64,000 nucleotides of DNA from the human T2T-CHM13v2.0 reference genome, Homo sapiens: assembly GCF_009914755.1 (NCBI RefSeq), contig NC_060925.1, one strand, 5' to 3'. Of this stretch, positions 24,335 through 41,283 are shown in pieces (positions within the stretch are counted from its first letter, which is position 1; each line of letters starts with the position of its first letter). The position numbers and the translations under genes were made by a program. The notes below the pieces were generated by a model. That model was not told the DNA's origin. It worked only from the letters and a program-made list of their open reading frames with translations, and searched no databases.

Positions 24335-24565
24335 GAATCTGAAAATGCACTCCTCAGAGAGTGTGTCAGAAGGCATACAGCACGTTCTCTGTTCAGATGT
24401 CCTCTGGAGGTCAGGTGCCACGCCTGTTCAGTACCAGACCTTGTCTACTCAAAGGAAGCTTTTTGCATCTGCAGGGAAGCCCATACAAAGCTATAGTGTA
24501 GTATTGTCTTTACATGAATCAACAAATTAGCAAAATAAAGGAATCAAAGAAAAAAAAAACCTCCA

Positions 24566-24682
24566 GGCCAAGCATGGTGGCTCATGCCTGTAGTCCCCAC
24601 ATTTTGGGACGCTGAGGCAGAAAGATTGCTTGAGCCCAGGAGTTCAAGGCCAGCCTGGGCAACATGGTGGGACCCTGTCTCT
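24566..24682 (+). mobile_element. Alu monomer (FLAM)
   Basis: Left-monomer-like sequence followed by a TTAA-rich tail. Confidence 0.8.
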
Positions 24683-25000
24683 AATTAGTTAATTAATTAA
24701 TAATTAAAAATAAACTTGGAAAACAAAACCAGGGAGAAACTAATGAATCAATGTGTTACACCTGCATATACTGAACAAAAGTATAAACCAAGTATATCTC
24801 AAAATAAAACCCAGCCCTAAAAGCTCTTTCTGGAAAGTAACAAATTCTATACAACCATAGGATTATTAGGTATAAGGTATAAAAATCAGGATATTAATAT
24901 AGTCAATTGTTATGCCCATAGGCTTCTGAGAATTCATTTAAACATACATTATCAGTGATTACTCAATATAAGCTCTCTTTAACAACAGGAAAATAAAGCT

Positions 25001-25120
25001 CGGCAGAACATGATGGCTCATACCTGTAATCCTAGCACTTTGGGAGGCTGACGGGGGAGGACTGCTTGAGCCCAGGAGTTCAAGTACAGCCTATGCAAAA
25101 TACCGATACCTCAGCTCAAA
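25001..25120 (+). mobile_element. Alu monomer (FLAM), degenerate
   Basis: ggctcatacctgtaatcctagcactttgggaggctga...gagcccaggagttcaag. Confidence 0.75.
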
Positions 25121-25149
25121 CAGACAAAGATTCTTATGTTCTGGTTAGT

Positions 25150-27250
25150 TTGGGTTTCTTTATTCAAAGCAATAAAATTTGTAATTTTCTCCCTAAAAAA
25201 TCTGCACCTATTTCATTACATTTCCTCTTAGTTATGGTTTCAATGCTGTTGTGAATAATATTTTCTTTTCCATTATGTTTTGCAGTGGTTATTACTGGTT
25301 TGTATAAAAAGTATTGATTTTATATGTTGATCTTGAAGCATAGTGTACTACCTTGCATGTGGTAAGAGACCAATAACTGTTTAATATTATTTCTATGTAG
25401 ACAATGATATCATCTACAAATAATGACAGTGTTATCTTTCTTTTTTCTAATTCCCAAATTTCTTATTTCTATTTCTTCTTACATTACATAGTCGGGGATC
25501 TCCAGCACTAAACAACAGAATTAACAGCATCTTGTTTCTAACTTAAATGGAAATGCATTGTTTGATAGTTACTACAGGTTTTGGTTCTCTCTAACAGGTA
25601 ACTTAGCTAGTTTTCCTAGTTTGCTGAGATTCTTGTATCATGTATCATGAATAAACATGATAATCATCTGGTTTATTCATGTTTATCTACATCAGCTGAG
25701 ATAATCATATGTCCCCCCATTAATCAGATAATATACCTACTATGTGCCCACAAAAGTAAGTAAATAAAAATCAGATATATAGCATAACATTAATGAATTT
25801 TTGGATGTTGGATCATTTTTGCACTACAGAGATAAATCCTACTTAGTCATGATATGTTCACATTGCTAACTTTAGTTTGCTTGTCCAATCATAAGAGTGA
25901 TCAACACACAACACCTTTTTCTTATACTCCCCTTTCTAGTTTTAGTATCAAGTTTATACTATCTTAATAAAAATGAGTTGCATTGCTGTCTTTTTCTATT
26001 GTCTGAATTAGTTTATATATGATAAGACTCACCTATTTCTTGAAAGAACGAATCTATAAAACCATCCAGAGCTTGAGGCAGTGTGGTTGGAGGGTGGTTG
26101 ATAGTTTATTCAGGTTTACACTTTCCTCTTGATACAATTTTCATGATTTACATATTTCTAGAAAGTATCTGCTTTATTACTATACTCACAAAACTTTTCG
26201 TGCATTCTCTGATTTTTTTAAATATTCACTAAATCTATAGTTATCCCTTTTTATTATAATACTGTTTATACATTTTCTCATCTTTTCCTCAGTCTCGCTA
26301 GAGGTATATCTATTTTATTAAATAACCAGCTGTGTTTTTGTTTGTTTGTTTGTTTGAGACAGAGTCTTGCTCTGTTGCCCAGACTGGAATGCAGTGGTGC
26401 AATCTCGGCTCACAGCAACCTCCACCCTGCACCGGGTTCAAGTGATTCTCTAGCCTCAGCCTCCCAGGTAGCTTGGATTACAGGTGCACCACCACGCCGG
26501 ACTAATTTTTGTATTTTTAGTAGAGATGGGTTTTGCCATGATGGCCAGGCTGGTCTCAAACTTCTGGCCTCAAGTAATCCTCCTGCCTTGGCCTCCCAAA
26601 TTGCTAGGATTACAGGTGTGAGCCACCATGCCCAGCCTCATCAGCTTTTGACTTTGTTAATTCCATTACTTATTTTCTGCTACATTAATAGCGGGATCTT
26701 TTGTTCCTTCCTTGTACTTTATTCAGGTTTACTCTGGTTGGTTCATTGCTTTTTAAAAATCTTTCTGAGCTAAGTATTTCACTGTTTTTTGATTTTTGAA
26801 AAAGATGTGTTCAAGGTAATAAATTTCCCCTAAGTCCACTAATTCTAATATGTGGTTTTTTATTAAAGAGTTCAAAATATTTTGTTTTGATTTCTTCTTT
26901 AACTTACAAATCACTGGAGTTCATTTCTAAGTTTCCAAATGCATGGAAACTTGTTATTAGAGAACACAGTATGTTATATAATATTAGTTCAAAAAAATTT
27001 GATGAGGTTCTTCTTTTGACCTCAAATATAATTTTTGCAAATATTCCATGTATACTTCAATTTAAAAATTATTTTCTCTATTTACTCTGCACAGATGTAT
27101 ATTTTATCACCCTTACTAATTTTGTTGTTAATCTATATTATTAATGTTTTCTTACTGAGGTACTGATTTCTGAGAGTATTACATTAAAATTACCTAGTGT
27201 GATTGTAAATTTGTCATTTTTTCAATATATCTGTTATTTTTGCTCTTTAT
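25150..27250 (-). mobile_element. Old L1M fragments (antisense)
   Basis: T-rich degenerate L1 ORF2 antisense motifs (atgatatcatctacaaataatgacag, ataaatcctacttagtcatg). Confidence 0.65.
26333..26637 (-). mobile_element. AluS/J
   Basis: Dimeric Alu with a (TTTG)n tail. Confidence 0.92.
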
Positions 27251-27836
27251 GGGCCCTGCTTCTGTTATTAAACACAAATATTTTCCATCTCTTTATTTTC
27301 AATGTTTCTGTATTGTTTTGCCTTGTGATTCTTGCAAGCAACATAGCTGATCATTTTTTAGAAGGCAATTTTGTGATGAGTGATGTTTATCTGATTTCTG
27401 TCATATTATCCCATGTGTCCTGTTTACCAATTCATTTTTCTTTTTTTCATTTTGGATTGATACATTTTCCTGTTTCTTTTGCTTCCAAACTGCTACTGTA
27501 GTGTCCACAGCAGCTAACATATGTGAAATATTTCTCATGATTGGTAATTTTATAAGCCTCTCACTCTCCCTCAATTGCAGCTTTACTGAAGGATGACTGA
27601 TTGTATCTCTAAAATACCTTCTAAGACCCATTAAAGAAACTTCATGCTTGCTACCTAGTTTGTATGTTGAGGAAGACCATTCCAGATATACTTACAAATT
27701 TTGGTGAGAATCTGTTTAGTCTTTTTCACATGATATGGTAACAGAAAATTGACCATATTTTAATATGTATATGTAAAGAATAATATGTATATAATAATGG
27801 AACTATTTAAAATCTAGTTAACAACAAATTAATAAA

Positions 27837-28288
27837 TGCCAGGTCTGTCCCATAGACCCTGGCTGACAGATGAAATGAGTACTCAGACACAGGTATGCAG
27901 TTTAAGAGCAGCTAGGTGACTGCCTGGCTCTAGTGGCCAAAGAGCAGTCTCAAGAAGCTGGAGCTGCTTGTTTTTATTCAGTGCAGGCACAATGCCAAAA
28001 ACCTGGAGTCAACACAACCTGTAGGTAATTCACATTTTTTTCCCTCCTTTCTGAGAACTTCATGTGCAGATGATCAAACGTCAGTTCCTGGTCAACATAA
28101 GTAAACAAGCCTGTTTAAGATTAATTACCCCACACTCCCTTGTACCTACTCCTTGACCTCTGACTCAGGGTTATAGAACAGCTGCCTTCAGCTATTCTCC
28201 CCCAGGGCTCTGCAGAACCTTCTGACCTTTGAGAAGGTTTGCGTCCTTTCCCTATAGTTTTTCCCACTACTCTGACGGATCCCCCACA
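27837..28288 (-). mobile_element. LTR22-like (HERV-K HML-5) solo LTR
   Basis: Minus strand begins TGTGGGGGATCCGTCAGAGTAGTGGGAAAAACTATAGG; TG...CA termini; 6-bp TSD aataaa (27831-27836 and 28289-28294). Confidence 0.85.
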
Positions 28289-28790
28289 AATAAAAGGTAT
28301 TCTGCTTTACTTGATAATCTTATTTTTTATAATTTCTATGAAAACCCTATCCTCTTGTCATTGTTTTGAAACCTCAAAAGTATTCCTTGTAAAGGGTTTC
28401 CAAATATATGACCTGGAGAACAAAACAGAAAAATCAAAAGAAAGACAGTACTCCAGGGGAAAAATATCAAATTTGGATAAATTGATTAATACAGTAAAAG
28501 TCCAACATGACTATTAATCAAAACATGCAAATTAAAATGTTACAAATTTTCATCTATTAACTTGTCAAAGATGAAAAAATAAGGAAAGTTGGGAAGAAAT
28601 TGCTATTGATTAAATTAGGTAACTTGTATGGTATTTGACATGTAGTTGGCACATAGTAATTATTTAATAAATACTACTAAATGTATTATTGCTCTTAATA
28701 TTATAATTTTATTTGACAAGGCTAGTGGGAATGTTAACTGGTAAAATATTTCTAGAGATTATATCAAAATCCTTAAAAATGTTTATTCTC

Positions 28791-29232
<442 letters not shown>

Positions 29233-30479
29233 CTATACATTCAACAATATGAAATTGGAAAACTAAATTCTGATATTTAGTATATAGTTTGTGAAAACAT
29301 TAAAAACGATGGCAATTATGTCTTTATGGGGGAAATGTTCATGATTACTATATTTTCAAAAGGCAAATATAAAATTATACATATAATAAAACTCAACCTT
29401 TCCTCCAGAAAAACCTCAACTTTGTAAAAATAAGATTATAAATATATGTCTGTATTCTATGCACTAAATTATACAAGCTATATATCAAATATTAACATAA
29501 TTTATTTTTGTATTTATCTTAATTTGTGGGGTTTTAAAATAATTAGCCGGTACTTATAATCTTATGAATCAATCTTATTTTAAAAATAAGTCAGTTTAAA
29601 CCCACTGTGGCAATTTTGCTATCTTTCCTGTCCCACTCTCCTCCTTGTTCTTGTTCTTAGCTATTTTGGCTATGTTAAACTTGCCTTTGTTAATCCCGGA
29701 TACTGATGAGTTGTTGCTGTGCTATGATTTTGACCTCCCAATAACTCAACCACTTATGATCTTAATCTCAGAGTTGTAACTTGATTCTCCTGGTTGAAAC
29801 TTTCCTGGTTCCAGTCCATGACTCTTTAACCTATAACCAAATATACACGGCTCCCTTTAGCCTATAACCAAATGTATGCAAGTCCCTCAGTATAAACTGA
29901 TACTTCCAGTTCAACATCAGATTAAGAGTACATGCTGAGATTTCAAATACTTAGAAATCTATTTTAATTTTTTGAAAAGCATATAAGTAGAAAAACACAA
30001 TAACTAGACCTATAGGAAGGCGGTATTATTACATACTGATACTCATTGTTATGAAAAACTGTTAAATCATTATTATGAAATCTTATTACAGACCGATCCT
30101 GGTTCAAAATACTCACATCGCCAAGAATTTTTAACTATCTGAAGCTCAAGTCTTTGAAGTATGATAGTGGGGAGAATGAGTAATGGCTTATTCAGGTTTT
30201 TTCTTTCTTGATGTAATTATGGTAATTTCTACAGTTACGGAAAAGCATGTTTTGTTTGTTTCCAAATTTATTAACAAAACTTTTCATAGCACTCTTGTGG
30301 TTTTTAAAAATCTCTCCTAAATCTGTAGCTATTCCTTCTATAAATTCTAAAACTGTTTAAACATTGTATCTTTTATCAGTCTTGCTAGAGGCACGCCTAT
30401 TTTTAGTTTTTTTTCTCAAAAATCAGTTTTTAATTTTGTTGATTCCACTGTTTGTTTTCTACTACACTAATTCCTGTTC

Positions 30480-30930
30480 TTGTACACAAATGCTTATAGC
30501 AGCTTTATTTGTAATACTCATAAACTAGAAACAACCTAAATATCCATCAATGAATTCTGGTATATCCAACAAAATGCTACTCGCAGAAAAGGAACAATTA
30601 GTGATACTCAAACATGAATGAATCTTAAAATTATGGTAAATAAGTAAGCCAAAAAAGGTACATACTGTATGATTCCATTTATATAAAATTCTAGAAAATG
30701 CAAATTCATCTACAGTGACAGAAGCAGATCAGTGGATGCCTGGGAACAGGAATGAAGGAAGGATAAAAAAGGGGCATGAGGAAATTCTGGGGTGATGGAA
30801 ATACTTGTCATCTTGATTGTGGTGATGGTTTCACAGGTGTATACATATATCAAAACTCATTCAAGTTGTTCAAGTTGTACAATTTAAATATGTAGAGTTA
30901 ATTGTACATCAGTTATACCTTAAGAGAGCT
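30480..30930 (+). mobile_element. Old L1M (L1MB/ME-type) 3' end
   Basis: catactgtatgattccatttatataaaattctagaaaatgcaaa...cagatcagtggatgcctggg...cttgattgtggtgatggtttcac. Confidence 0.8.
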
Positions 30931-30933
30931 GTT

Positions 30934-31250
<317 letters not shown>

Positions 31251-32062
31251 AAAAATAAGCAGTTAAATAAAATCTAAAAAGCATAGAGATAGATGAGTAC
31301 ACAAAGCACAGAATCTTTGTAACTAGGCACAATTTAGCTTGATTAGCATAGCTCCCTATAAAAAGGGAAATGGTTCCTTGGTTCTTATGGTTGCAACAAA
31401 GATCTGCTCAGGCTATTTTAAGAGGTTTTACTGTGAAGATACAGCTAGACTCTTATGCTACTCCAAGAACAAAGTGCCAAAGTATAATACGGTCTAGTGA
31501 CAGCTGAAACCAGAAGGCAGGTCTTAGAAACAACTAATATAATCATCTCTATTTGAAGATGTGAAGTTTTTATTTTCCTGTCTCTCCTGGTAATTTTATT
31601 TTTCTTTACTCATTTTCTCTCTACCCATTGGCTTCCCCTGTTCCTAGTTTCTGTTTCTCTATAACTTTAGCTTGCACATGACAATCATGAGCTATTGGTG
31701 AACTTTCAGTTGCCCACAACCAACATCTCTGCTTCTATGACTTAAATTCCCAAGACAGCCAATCTGATTGACTAAATTCATCATTTTGTGCCAGGCTATT
31801 GGTAAAATCCTGACTGGCTCATGAATTGACTTCTGTTAGGTCAGACTGCATAGGCCTTGACCCAAACAGCCATAGGCCAGGGGCAGCAAGGTCACTGATA
31901 GTTCAGAACACAGCTGCTTGGGGAGCACAAGAGCTACACAGGGCAAATTCCCATAGAAGCAGATATAAAGACAACAGCCAGTTCTTGACATCTCTAGTAG
32001 ACTCACTTTATGCTGAAATTATGTCATCAACCAAGTGACCTACACATAGCTTGTGGGCCTCT

Positions 32063-32510
32063 TGTTGGTCGTATCAACTGAAGAAAAAAATAAATCAAAC
32101 TTTTAAAAAATAGTTTTATTCAGAAATCTTACTGAGGACTGTAGACCATAGACTACAGCATGGGAGCTGTTCTGTCAGACTGCTTCAGCACAATATTTCA
32201 GCTCATGGCTAATAAATAGGTAGCAGGAGTTTAGTATGTGAAAAATCATACCAAAGTTTGGGTACAGTAGTACATCTGATTTATCCCATCAGATGCTATC
32301 TTATGTGCAGGAAAAGTCAAGGACAAGGGTCATTTTTCTTTCAAGGAATATAGTGACTCAGGCAAGAGATGTGGGGGTACGGTGATGTGTTCTATCTTGT
32401 TTGTCCTCAAAGCATCCCTCTGTCTCAGAATCAGAGACTTTGTGAAATCATGCTGGCAAGCAGAAATGAGCAAGTATGACTTCTTATCTTTGCTACTTTG
32501 TCTCTCAGGC
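32063..32510 (-). mobile_element. Probable old ERV1 solo LTR (family not assigned)
   Basis: ttttattcag...cttactgaggact pattern (minus-strand AATAAA) typical of antisense ERV1 LTRs. Confidence 0.4.
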
Positions 32511-34499
32511 ATCTCCTTATATGACCATCTTATTCTGACTCTGGCCAACACAAGAGTTCCATTAATATTGCTGTTTGGTCTCAGATATTTCCAGTTTCTT
32601 TTCAAATCCCTCCAGGTATAGTCCTCTCACTCTAGTTCTGGATTATGCTCTATTCTTTGGCTCTCAAAGGATTTTGGCATTTGAAGGTGGCATTTACTAA
32701 GCACAGTGTGTCTGATCTGACCATATAAGCATTCTCTTTGTCTTTCTATTGGTTTCCAAGACCTAGGAAATCCTACTCTTGCCCCTAACTTGTTTCTCTC
32801 TGTTTTCTGGCTGGAAGAATGTACACTACATGGTAAAGACTGGTTTTACCCTTTGGTAAATCTCAGCTCCTTCACCTATTATGGTCCAAATTAGAATCTG
32901 AGTTTACTATCTGATCTTATTTGGGAAAACTGATAATTTCATATTTCTGAGTCTGCAAAGTTAAAAAGGTCTATCTGTGGTTCCAAGGTGACATACCTCC
33001 TAAGGGCCACCTAAAAATGAATATACAGATTAATCTTTCAAATGTAAAAGAAAGAAGTCATTAAGAGAGAAAACCTCAGTAAGTATTAGTTCCTGGGATC
33101 TAAGCCAAGTAGCTACATCTAGTGCCTGAAGTAGGATCAACAATTTTTAAGCATGACTTTTGCTCTATAAACAGAAGTGTCAATGAATGTAAAACTGGCT
33201 TTTCATTGGCAAGGCTGACAAAGCCTTAAGTAACACCAGAGGCTTGGCAGTGGTATAATCATAAATTACTTTTGTATGATATAACTTTTTATAAAAACAT
33301 AATGTAATGTGCCCAGTTCTATTACTATTGCTACAGAAGACAAAACAAGCATTTGAGAAAAAAAAAAAAAAAAATGGAAAAGAAAAAAAAAATCAGGTAC
33401 CAAAAAATGCTGTCGTTTAAAAAAAATTAGTTTTATAATTACAATTCAATCATCTTTTTTTCTATTTATCTGAGGGAAAAAAATATGAATGCTACCAAGA
33501 GTTTTGCACTTGGCTCAAACTCACCTTCTCTCAAACTACTGTCATAATTCTTAATAATTTCAATATTCACAAAGATGATCCCTCCAGCAACATGGCCTCT
33601 CAGTTCTCTGGCTTCCCTTCCTACAGTAATCCTGCTATGTACTTCAAAAGCTCACTCCACGATGACAACCTAGACCTTGACTTTACTATAACTGCTCCTG
33701 TTCCGCCTAACCACTACCCTCTATCATTTCAGCTCATTCTCTCCAATCTTCCAGTTCCATTAACTTTTCAAACTCACTAGGCATGCCAATGTATTGAACC
33801 TATTACCTCTGTATTTTTATTCACCCCTCACATCCTTACTTCTCAAGTGTAAAGAAATAGGAGACAGTGTATATTGATATAATAATTTTATACTCTTTCC
33901 TCAAACTTCCAACATTTCCTCATTCTCTGCTAATGACCTTATTTCCTATTTCATTGAGAAATAGGAACAATCAGAAGAAAGTCTCCAACTATTTCCTCCA
34001 TAATGTCTACCAATCTATGGGCATCTAAACTCATATACTCTTACTTTCCTTTCTGCATGAAGGTCTTCTCCTCAGGAATATATGACTACATATAAGATTT
34101 TGTATTTAACTCCAAAGGATTCTCAGATCCATTTTAAGTTTATTCTGGAACTGCAGGTTAAGAACCACTAACCTGGAGAACTAAAGATGGCCTATCAATT
34201 ATATCATATGCCCATGGGTTAGGGAGAGATGCGGTGGAGGCCAAAGCAACTTTATCTTTGGTGCTACTTTGCAATGATGACTTCTGACTCACCCTATTTC
34301 TGAGAACACCTGTAAGATTTATATTGTATCTATTGTCCCTTGTGTAAGGACACATAATTAAAGTAAGTCCTGCCCTTAGGTCAAAATGATCTTGATGTTA
34401 TTATATTTAAATTGTGCTATACGTCTCTCTGAGTCACTCTTTCCTTATGGTATATAAGCCCTAGGTCTGGGGAAAATGGCACTGAGATCCGACACTTTG

Positions 34500-34755
34500 T
34501 TGCCCAAGCTGAAGTGTGGTGGCACAAACACAGCTGAATGCAACCTTAACCTCCCGGGCTCGAGCAATCTTCCTGCCTCAGCTTCTCAAGTAGCTGCGTG
34601 TACAGGTGTGTGCCACCACACAAAGGAAATTTTTTACTTTTTGTAGAGATGGGATCTCACTATGTTGTCCAGGCTGGTCTCAAACTCCTGGGCTTAAGCC
34701 TCCTGCCTTGGCCTCCCAAAGTGCTGAGATTATAACTATAGGTGTGAGACACTGT
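34500..34755 (-). mobile_element. AluJ (tail truncated)
   Basis: Antisense AluJ-type arms. Confidence 0.8.
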
Positions 34756-35339
34756 TCTCAACCTTGATGAACATATATGCAAAAATCCTCAACAAAATGT
34801 TAGTAAACCAAATCCAGCAGCACATCAAAAAGCTAATCCACCAGGATCAAGTAGGCTTTATCCCTGGGATAAAAGGTTGGTTCAACATATGCAAATCAGT
34901 AAATGTGATTCATCACACAAACAGAACTAAAGATAAAAACCACATGATCATCTCAGTAGATACAGAAAAGTCTTGATAAAAGTCAACATTCCGTCATGTT
35001 AAAAACCCTCAACTAACTAGGTACTGAAGTGATGGCTCAAAACAATAAGAGTCATCTATGACAAACCCACAGCCAACACCATACTGAAGAGACAAGGATG
35101 CCCACTCTTACCACTCCTATTCAACACAGTACTAGAATTCCTAGCCAGGGCAATCAGGCAAGGGAAAGAAATAAAAGGCACCCAAGTAGAAAGAGAGGAA
35201 GTCAAGATGTTGGAAGTCAGCAACATCTCTGTTTGCAGACAATGTAATTCTATACCTATAAAATCCCACAGTCTCTGCCCAAAAGCTCCTAAGTCTGATA
35301 AACCACTTCAGCAAAATTTCAATGTACAAAAATCAGTAG

Positions 35340-35632
<293 letters not shown>

Positions 35633-36857
35633 AAAAATCAGCAGCATTTCTATACACCAACAATGTTCAAGCTGACAGCCAAATCAAGAATGCAGTCCAA
35701 TTCACAACAGGCACAAAAAGAACAAAATACCTAGAAATATAGCTAACCAGGGAGGTGGAAGATCTCTACGAGAATTACAAAACACTGCTCAAAGAAATCA
35801 CACACAACACAGAAAAATAGAAAAACATTCCATGCTCATGGATAGGAAGAATCAATATTGTTAGAATGACTATACTTCCCAAAGCAATTTACAGATTCAA
35901 TGCTATTCCTGTCAAACTACCAATGGCATTCTTCACAGAGTTTAAAAAAACAATATTTTAAAATGTATGTGAACCAAAAAGGAGCCCAAATAGCCAGGGC
36001 AACCCTAAGCAAAAAGAACAAAGCTAGAGACATCATGCTACCCAAATTCAAACTATACTACAAGGCTACAGTAACCAAAACGGCATAGTACTGGTACAAA
36101 AACAGACGTAAAGACCAATGGAATAGAATAGAGAGCCCAGAAGTAAAGCTGCACACCTACAACCATCTGATCTTCAACAAAGTCAACAAAAACAAGCGAT
36201 GCGGATAAGACTCCCTATTCAATAAATGGTGTTGAGGTAACTGGCTACCCATATGCAGAAAATTAAAACTGGATGCCTTCTTTATATCATATACAAAAAT
36301 TAACTTAAGGTGGAGTAAAGCCATAAATGTAAAAGCTAAAACTATAAAAACTCTGGAACATAACCTAGGAAATACCATTCTGGACACAAGCCCTGGCAAA
36401 GATTTCATGACAAAGACGACAAAAACAATTGCAACAAAAATGAAAATTGACAAATAGGACCCAATTAAAGTAACGAGCTTCTGAACAGCAAAATAAACCA
36501 TCAACAAAGTAAGCAGACAAACTACAGAATGGTAGAAAGTATTTGCAAACAAAGATCTAATATAAAATATTTGCAATGAAGGTCAATATCTAGAATCTAT
36601 AAGGAATTTAAATAAATTAACAAGCAAAAAGCAAACAATTCCGTTAAAAAGTAAGCAAAAGACATGAACAGATACTTTTGAAAAGAAGAGAGACACGTGG
36701 CCAACAAGCATATGAAAAAATGTTCATCATCAGTAATCAATAGAGAAATGCAAATCAAAACCACAATGAGATACCATCTCACACCAGTCAGAATCTCTAT
36801 CATTAAAAAGCCAAAACATAACAGATGCTGGCAAGGTTGTGGAGAAAAGGGAACACT

Positions 36858-37163
<306 letters not shown>

Positions 37164-37408
37164 TTATACACTGCTGATGGCAATGTAAATTAGTTCAGCC
37201 ACTGTGGAAAGCAATGTGGCGATTTCTCAAAGAACTCAATACAGAATTACCAGAAATCCCATTACTGGGCATACACCCAAAGGAATATACATCATTCTAC
37301 CATAAAGACACACGCATATGTATGTTTATCGCAGCATTATTCACAACAGAAAAGACACGGAGTCAACCTAAATGCCCATCAACTATAGACTGGATAAAGA
37401 AAATATGG

Positions 37409-38044
<636 letters not shown>

Positions 38045-41000
38045 TCACTCATAAGTAGGATCTGAACATTGAGAGTACACATGGACACAAAGAAGGAAAC
38101 AACAGACACTGGGGCTACTTGAGGGTGGAGGGTAGGAAGAGGGAGATCAAAAAACTACCTATTGGGTACTACGCTTATTATCTGGGTGACAAAATAATCT
38201 GTGCACCAAACCTGTGACATGCAGTTTACCTATATAATAAACCTGCACACGTACCTCTGAACCTAAAATAATTTTTTTAAAAAAATAAGGTGAATTTAAA
38301 AATATGTATATTGATGGGGGTGAAACTTAGAGAAAAATTAGAGTCATGGGACTCATCCCAGCAAGGTGGGAATCTTCAAATGGTTATTAAGAAATGGAAT
38401 GAATAAAATGGAAATTGATGGGGTTAAAACAAAGGTCTTAATACAACACTGCCAAAAGTTCGGTGGACCAAAGGGAGCCCCTGCTGGTCCCTCAACATTA
38501 AAGGGCCAATTTTCTGTATTTGCCCGATTGGAGAAATCGTAAAAGAGAAAGCTGACCAACAATTGCCTGAGGTAATGTTGAGGTGGTTAATGAAGATATA
38601 CAAAGTTCCTTGGCTCAATTCCCTACTGGGAACACAAAGTGTTTTTCACCAGAGGCTTTTTTACAAAATGATCTTGGGTGGAGAAGAAAAGTTTCTGGGG
38701 CTAGAACACAAAAATGTAAAGATTGATAGGATTATGAAAGTTAAAAAGTTTGTAAATAAACTTTATATAAAGTTGTGACACCTTTACTTAAATGTTTCAT
38801 GAAAACGGACATTGTATCTGACCAGAGCATGTTTCTCCTACTTAGTACTGCAAACTAGAAGGCATTTCTAGTAATGGTAAATCTGCCATTTAAGCAATAT
38901 TAACTGGACATGCTAAATGGGAGCCAGTAAATTGCTCAAGCCCTCAGAGGGTAGAGTAGAAGATGGAGTGCTGGTAGGGATGAAACCTCCACTTGATAGC
39001 CCTTTGTGGAGTGTTTACTAGGGGTCATAGCAAAGGCCTGTGAGCACCTCCCAACAACCACTACTGGGACTGTGGACTACAGAATTTCTACTTGAGAGGC
39101 ATTTCTGCCTTGGAATGGGACATTAACAGAAGCTATCCCTATGACTGGAGGACATAAAATGATCTTGACACCTAAAATACACATGCTGTCTGGAGTGATG
39201 TCAGAGAAACACTCTAACGGGGATAGCAGTGCCCAGAAGAGTACATAATAAAATGGGAATGGATCTTGCTACCTGAGGAGTGCAAAGAGGATATACTCAT
39301 GAGCTGCGAGCCTCTTTCTCTCCTAGGACTGATCCTGGAACTGGTGAGGAGTTGCTGGATACCATAGTACCTGACAAACAGCTCTAACCTAAGAGTTGCT
39401 TGGCTTGTGGATGGCAGTTCCAAGGTCATCAGGCAACATCCTGTTTGGAAGGCATTACTCTGATTGAAGAAGAGTCAAGAAAACTTTTTTGTTTTGAGCT
39501 CTTTATAACTTATAATGATTAAGTGTATTTTTGTAAGCAAAATTTGTCCTTCTCTCTATATGAGTTCTCCCAAATTTGAAAACTATTTGTGTTATTTTAT
39601 GGCAATATAGTTATGTACATATGTTCAATATGAATGTTTTCTTTTGTAATAGGACACAATTGGAGACACATTATTTTACCAAGGCTTTGACTGGAATGGT
39701 CTATTTTCAGACATGATCAATCTGCTTGGGGAATTGAAGTTGACTGCAGAGAGCCAATAAAAAGCCCATGGAAAGACTGGTTCCCTAAGAAGTTTCCTGA
39801 CCCGTGGTAAGTAATGAATGTCACTTTCTAACAGGATCAGAAATCTCAAGATATTTTGAGACCTCAAGAAGAGAGAAATTTGTACAGGTATTATAAATGC
39901 AGTCTAATGGTGAATCCTTGGCTTTGCTTCTGGCGTTGAGGCTTTAAAACACTGGAATAAAAAATTCTGATAGTTCTAGCAAAGCCAACTTAAAAGGAGC
40001 CTATATGGCTGATCACTATTCCTGCTACAATTTATTCAAATAACCAGGCCAATATAATGAGACAAATTTATTTTGCAAATAAATTGGTCCTAGTATAATT
40101 TATCCTTGGTAGAAATAAGAAAACTGGAGAAAAAAAAATCTTAGATTCTAGCCCTGACCACTGCTTTTGAGTTTTTATAATTTGCCTATAATTTGGACTA
40201 AATCCTGAATTATTTCCTGGCTACAAGAAGTCTCTAAAAAGGAACTTGGTTTTAATTTTCTTCATGATGCTTTTAGTTGGCTGCTTACTCGAATAGGCTC
40301 CTTTCATTTTTGTTCTGGCATACAAATTCTCTTCTGATTGTAATCCTTGTGTGGATTGTATTTCTACTATTCAAATTATTGATGCTATGTATCTTTTGTT
40401 GTTTTACTTCCGAGAAAACTAAAGTCATAGTATTCTGAAGACTAGAGAAATTCAACGAAGCCTGTCAATCTCCCTTGTTTGAAATCCCAAGGAGTATGTT
40501 GGCAATGAGAAACCAATATGGCCCAGTGGGATTTCAAAGGCTCTGGGACCATTGCAAAAAAGAAGGGTGCGTGAGACTCTACACATGAATTAGTGGAATG
40601 TGGAGGACAAAGCAACGCCACCTAGGATGTTAATCCACCATGTGGACTTCCCCTGTTCTGGGAAGGCTTCTAAGATTTCCCCTCTCTCTATTGTTTCTTG
40701 TGTAAAAGCATGTACTTACTGTAAATCCTGCCCTTAGATCAAGACAACTTTGATGTTATTGTATTTCAATTGTCCTACATGTCCCTTCTGAGTCACCCTT
40801 TCCCTGTGGTATACAACCCCTGGGTCTGAGGGGTAATGGCACTGGGATCCACCATCTTGTCTCACTGCCGCCTGAGATGCAGACAGGGCTTCTGTTTTTA
40901 AGTCTCCATTAAATGTTTCTTTTTGAGAAACGTTAATGTGTCAGCCTCTTTCTTTAGCCTCTCAGCTTCCTTAGACTTTGGAGCGTAGGTCTGTATAGTC

Positions 41001-41283
41001 CTGCTTACCTTGAAATAGATGGGTTAGGGAGAAGGAACACCAGGGAGACGTTCGAATTATTTCACCTAAAAATGTAGAGAAGTTTTGTGAAACAGTGCTT
41101 AATTAATAAAAAGGTATTTCTTGAGAGATGGTTCTATTCCTACTACTGGCAAAAATGTAGATGAAAGATTGTTTGGCATGATGCCAAATATTACCCTATA
41201 AATTACTTCCTAATTGCAAAGGGAAAACTATAACTTTACCATAGAAAGAACTGTCTGTCAATAATCAAATGATCAAATAGCAT

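Noticed and set aside
24335-24560. 3' transduction explaining the missing L1 TSD (AATAAA at ~24534 followed by an A-run)
   Set aside because: The A-run is followed by neither the expected TSD nor an Alu right arm; the next element is an independent left-type monomer.
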